This document shows, piece after piece, positions 62,081 to 64,000 of a stretch of 64,000 bases of DNA. A program made the position numbers and the translations under genes. The stretch is from Candidatus Binataceae bacterium (GTDB taxonomy: Bacteria > Desulfobacterota > Binatia > Binatales > Binataceae): NCBI GenBank assembly GCA_963798375.1, contig CAWCTG010000007.1, positions 77,586 through 141,585 of the forward strand. The letters are read 5' to 3'. The first letter of the stretch is position 1; every line of letters starts with the position of its first letter. The notes under the pieces were generated by a model. It saw nothing but the letters and a program-made list of their open reading frames with translations, searched no databases and was not told where the DNA came from.

Positions 62081-63234
62081 ACGAATTCGGCGAACACGGA
62101 GTCGGCCATTTCCAGGCCGCGATCTGTCAGTCGGATTCGGCCGCGATCGAGCGTCAGCAGCCCGTCGTTGAACAGCCGAGTGGCGACGATCCCGAAGATG
62201 CATTCGAAGTTGCGGCCGAAGCGCTCGTGAAAATCCGCCAGCGCGAAGCCTTCCCGCAGCCGTAGATTGAGGAACACGAATTCACTCTGCGCGGTGGCTT
62301 CATCGATCGCTTCGGCGCCGGTCTCCGCATTTTTGCGCTCTTCAATCGCGGAAATGTAACCCGCCGGGAGCTTTTCATTCCACCACCGCTTTCGTTGGCC
62401 GCCGCGCCCGTCATCTGCGTAGCTATGAGCGCCAGCGCCGATTCCGAGGTACGTCTGCGCGCGCCAGTATGTCAAATTGTGGCGCGCTTCGTGGCCGGGC
62501 GCCGCATAGTTCGAAATTTCATACATCGCGTAGCCGCGCCGCGGGATTTCTTCGCGCACCGTTTGATACATCGCGGCCTGCTCGTCAGTCGCGAGCTGTT
62601 TGATTCGTCCGCGCTTCAAGTCCGTGAAAAAGGCGGTACCTTCTTCGAAGGTCAGGTTGTAAGCCGAGATGTGATCCGGTTCGAGCCCGGCCGCCGATTC
62701 GATGTCGAAGAGAACCTCGGCAACCGTCTGTCCGGGAACCGCGAAGATCAAATCCAGGTTGAGGCGATCGAAGCCGGCGCGATGCGCCATTCTTGCAGCC
62801 GCGCGGGTTTCGCCGGCGGAGTGAATCCGGCCGAGAAACTTGAGCGTCGCGTCATTGAACGACTGGGCGCCGAAACTGATTCGATTCACGCCCGCCGCGC
62901 GCATCCCGCCGAGTTTCGCCAGGTCCACGGTGCCAGGATTCGCTTCGAGCGTTATCTCCGCGTCGTGTTCGATCCCGCAAACCCGATTGGCGGCGTCGAT
63001 AATCTCACCGATGGATTTGGGATCGAACAGCGACGGCGTTCCACCCCCAAAAAAGATTGTCCGGATGCGCTGGCCCGAATACGAAGGAGTGGTGTCTGCC
63101 CTGTATTCAAGCTCCGAAATCAACGCGCGGGTGTATTGCGCTTCCGGCCACGACGATGCCGCGTGCGAATTGAAGTCGCAGTACGGACACTTCGATTGGC
63201 ACCACGGAATATGGACGTAGAGCGAAAAGCTCAC
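62077..63234 (-). CDS. hemW: radical SAM heme chaperone HemW (coproporphyrinogen III oxidase-like)
   Basis: YVHIPWCQSKCPYCDF is CxxxCxxC plus a HemN-like fold. Confidence 0.85.
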   Translation of the reverse strand: MSFSLYVHIPWCQSKCPYCDFNSHAASSWPEAQYTRALISELEYRADTTPSYSGQRIRTIFFGGGTPSLFDPKSIGEIIDAANRVCGIEHDAEITLEANPGTVDLAKLGGMRAAGVNRISFGAQSFNDATLKFLGRIHSAGETRAAARMAHRAGFDRLNLDLIFAVPGQTVAEVLFDIESAAGLEPDHISAYNLTFEEGTAFFTDLKRGRIKQLATDEQAAMYQTVREEIPRRGYAMYEISNYAAPGHEARHNLTYWRAQTYLGIGAGAHSYADDGRGGQRKRWWNEKLPAGYISAIEERKNAETGAEAIDEATAQSEFVFLNLRLREGFALADFHERFGRNFECIFGIVATRLFNDGLLTLDRGRIRLTDRGLEMADSVFAEFV

Positions 63235-63312
63235 ACGACGATTGTAGCGCGCCTTGAACGCCCGCTACTACGCGCGTGAGGCGGTCGCTATACTCCCTGC
63301 GTCAGAGGGAAC

Positions 63313-64000
63313 TTGTCCGAAATCGCACCCAATCATCAGGATCGCAGCGAGCCGCGCGTCGAGGCACGCCCCGATCTCGCGAGCGCGAGCGGATCGGGCG
63401 CGAGCCGGGCCGGCACGATCGCCGCGGGCGTGTTGCTCAGCCGGATTGCCGGTCTCATCCGCGACAGCATCTTCGCGCATTTTCTCGGCGACTCGGCCAC
63501 CGCGGACGCGTTCAAGGCGGGGTTTCGCATCCCGAACATTCTGCAGAACCTGTTCGGCGAGGGCGTGCTGTCCGCGTCGTTCATCCCGGTTTACGGAAAA
63601 TTGCTGGGCGAGGGCGACAATGAAACCGCCGACATGCTGGCGTGGGGTGTCGGCGCGATTCTGACTCTCGGCGTATCGGTGATGGTGGCGATCGGCGTGA
63701 TGGTGACGCCGTATCTGATCGACGTGATCGCGCCGGGCTTCGAGGGCGACAAGCGCGCCTTGACGATTCAGATCGTACGCATCCTGTTTCCCGGCGCGGG
63801 ATTGCTGGTGATGTCGGCGTGGTTTCTCGGCGTCCTGAACAGTCATCACAAATTTTTCGTCTCATACACCGCGCCGGTGGCGTGGAACCTCGCAATGATC
63901 GCGGCGCTCCTCTATTACGGGCCGCGCCGCTCGCAGGACGGGCTTGCGATCGCGATCTCGTGGGGGTCGGTGGTCGGCTCCGCTTTGCAAATCGCGGTAC
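63313..64000 (+). CDS. murJ: lipid II flippase MurJ (3'-truncated by the window end)
   Basis: Own translation of the frame starting at TTG 63313 gives ...LSRIAGLIRDSIFAHFLGDSATADAFKAGFRIPNILQNLFGEGVLSASFIPVY..., a MurJ signature. Not in the supplied track because it runs off the window. Confidence 0.7.
   Translation, partial: MSEIAPNHQDRSEPRVEARPDLASASGSGASRAGTIAAGVLLSRIAGLIRDSIFAHFLGDSATADAFKAGFRIPNILQNLFGEGVLSASFIPVYGKLLGEGDNETADMLAWGVGAILTLGVSVMVAIGVMVTPYLIDVIAPGFEGDKRALTIQIVRILFPGAGLLVMSAWFLGVLNSHHKFFVSYTAPVAWNLAMIAALLYYGPRRSQDGLAIAISWGSVVGSALQIAV

Overview
High-GC (~65%) bacterial chromosomal window, mostly core metabolism and cell-envelope genes. Recognisable core genes: dapB; the conserved cluster kdsB-pyrG-kdsA-lptC-lptA-rpoN-hpf-ptsN-rapZ (no lptB is visible between lptA and rpoN); metK-ahcY; ptsH; class-I lysK; hemW; a 3'-truncated murJ; glgX; an OmpR-type two-component pair; an ECF sigma operon; a dacC-like carboxypeptidase; two L,D-transpeptidases; an arsS-like radical-SAM gene. 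The accessory part is roughly 13.5-22.6 kb, next to tRNA-Leu(CAA). It contains a decayed island of about 5.2 kb bounded by 28-bp direct repeats that come from inside an adjacent GT87 (DUF2029) membrane glycosyltransferase gene. The island includes a low-GC segment and carries a Ser/Thr kinase pseudogene (in-frame TGA plus a compensated frameshift pair), a second kinase N-terminal fragment, an HNH endonuclease, a 5'-truncated MT-A70 methyltransferase remnant, an internally deleted GT87 scar copy, and a HigB/HigA module. Nearby are a tandem family of small signal-anchored proteins (three copies here, a fourth at 32.4 kb) whose RBS plus first nine codons also head an unrelated lipoprotein ORF, a secreted NPYGRYGSP-repeat protein, and a collagen-like (Gly-Ala-Thr)n His-rich secreted protein at 37.5 kb. 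Several genes carry tandem in-frame DNA repeats (lptA 117 bp x ~2.7, ImmA-like 72 bp x 2) or apparent frameshifts (lptA, two L,D-transpeptidase genes, HNH). These frameshifts may be real pseudogenisation or assembly error. No CRISPR array or rRNA is present.
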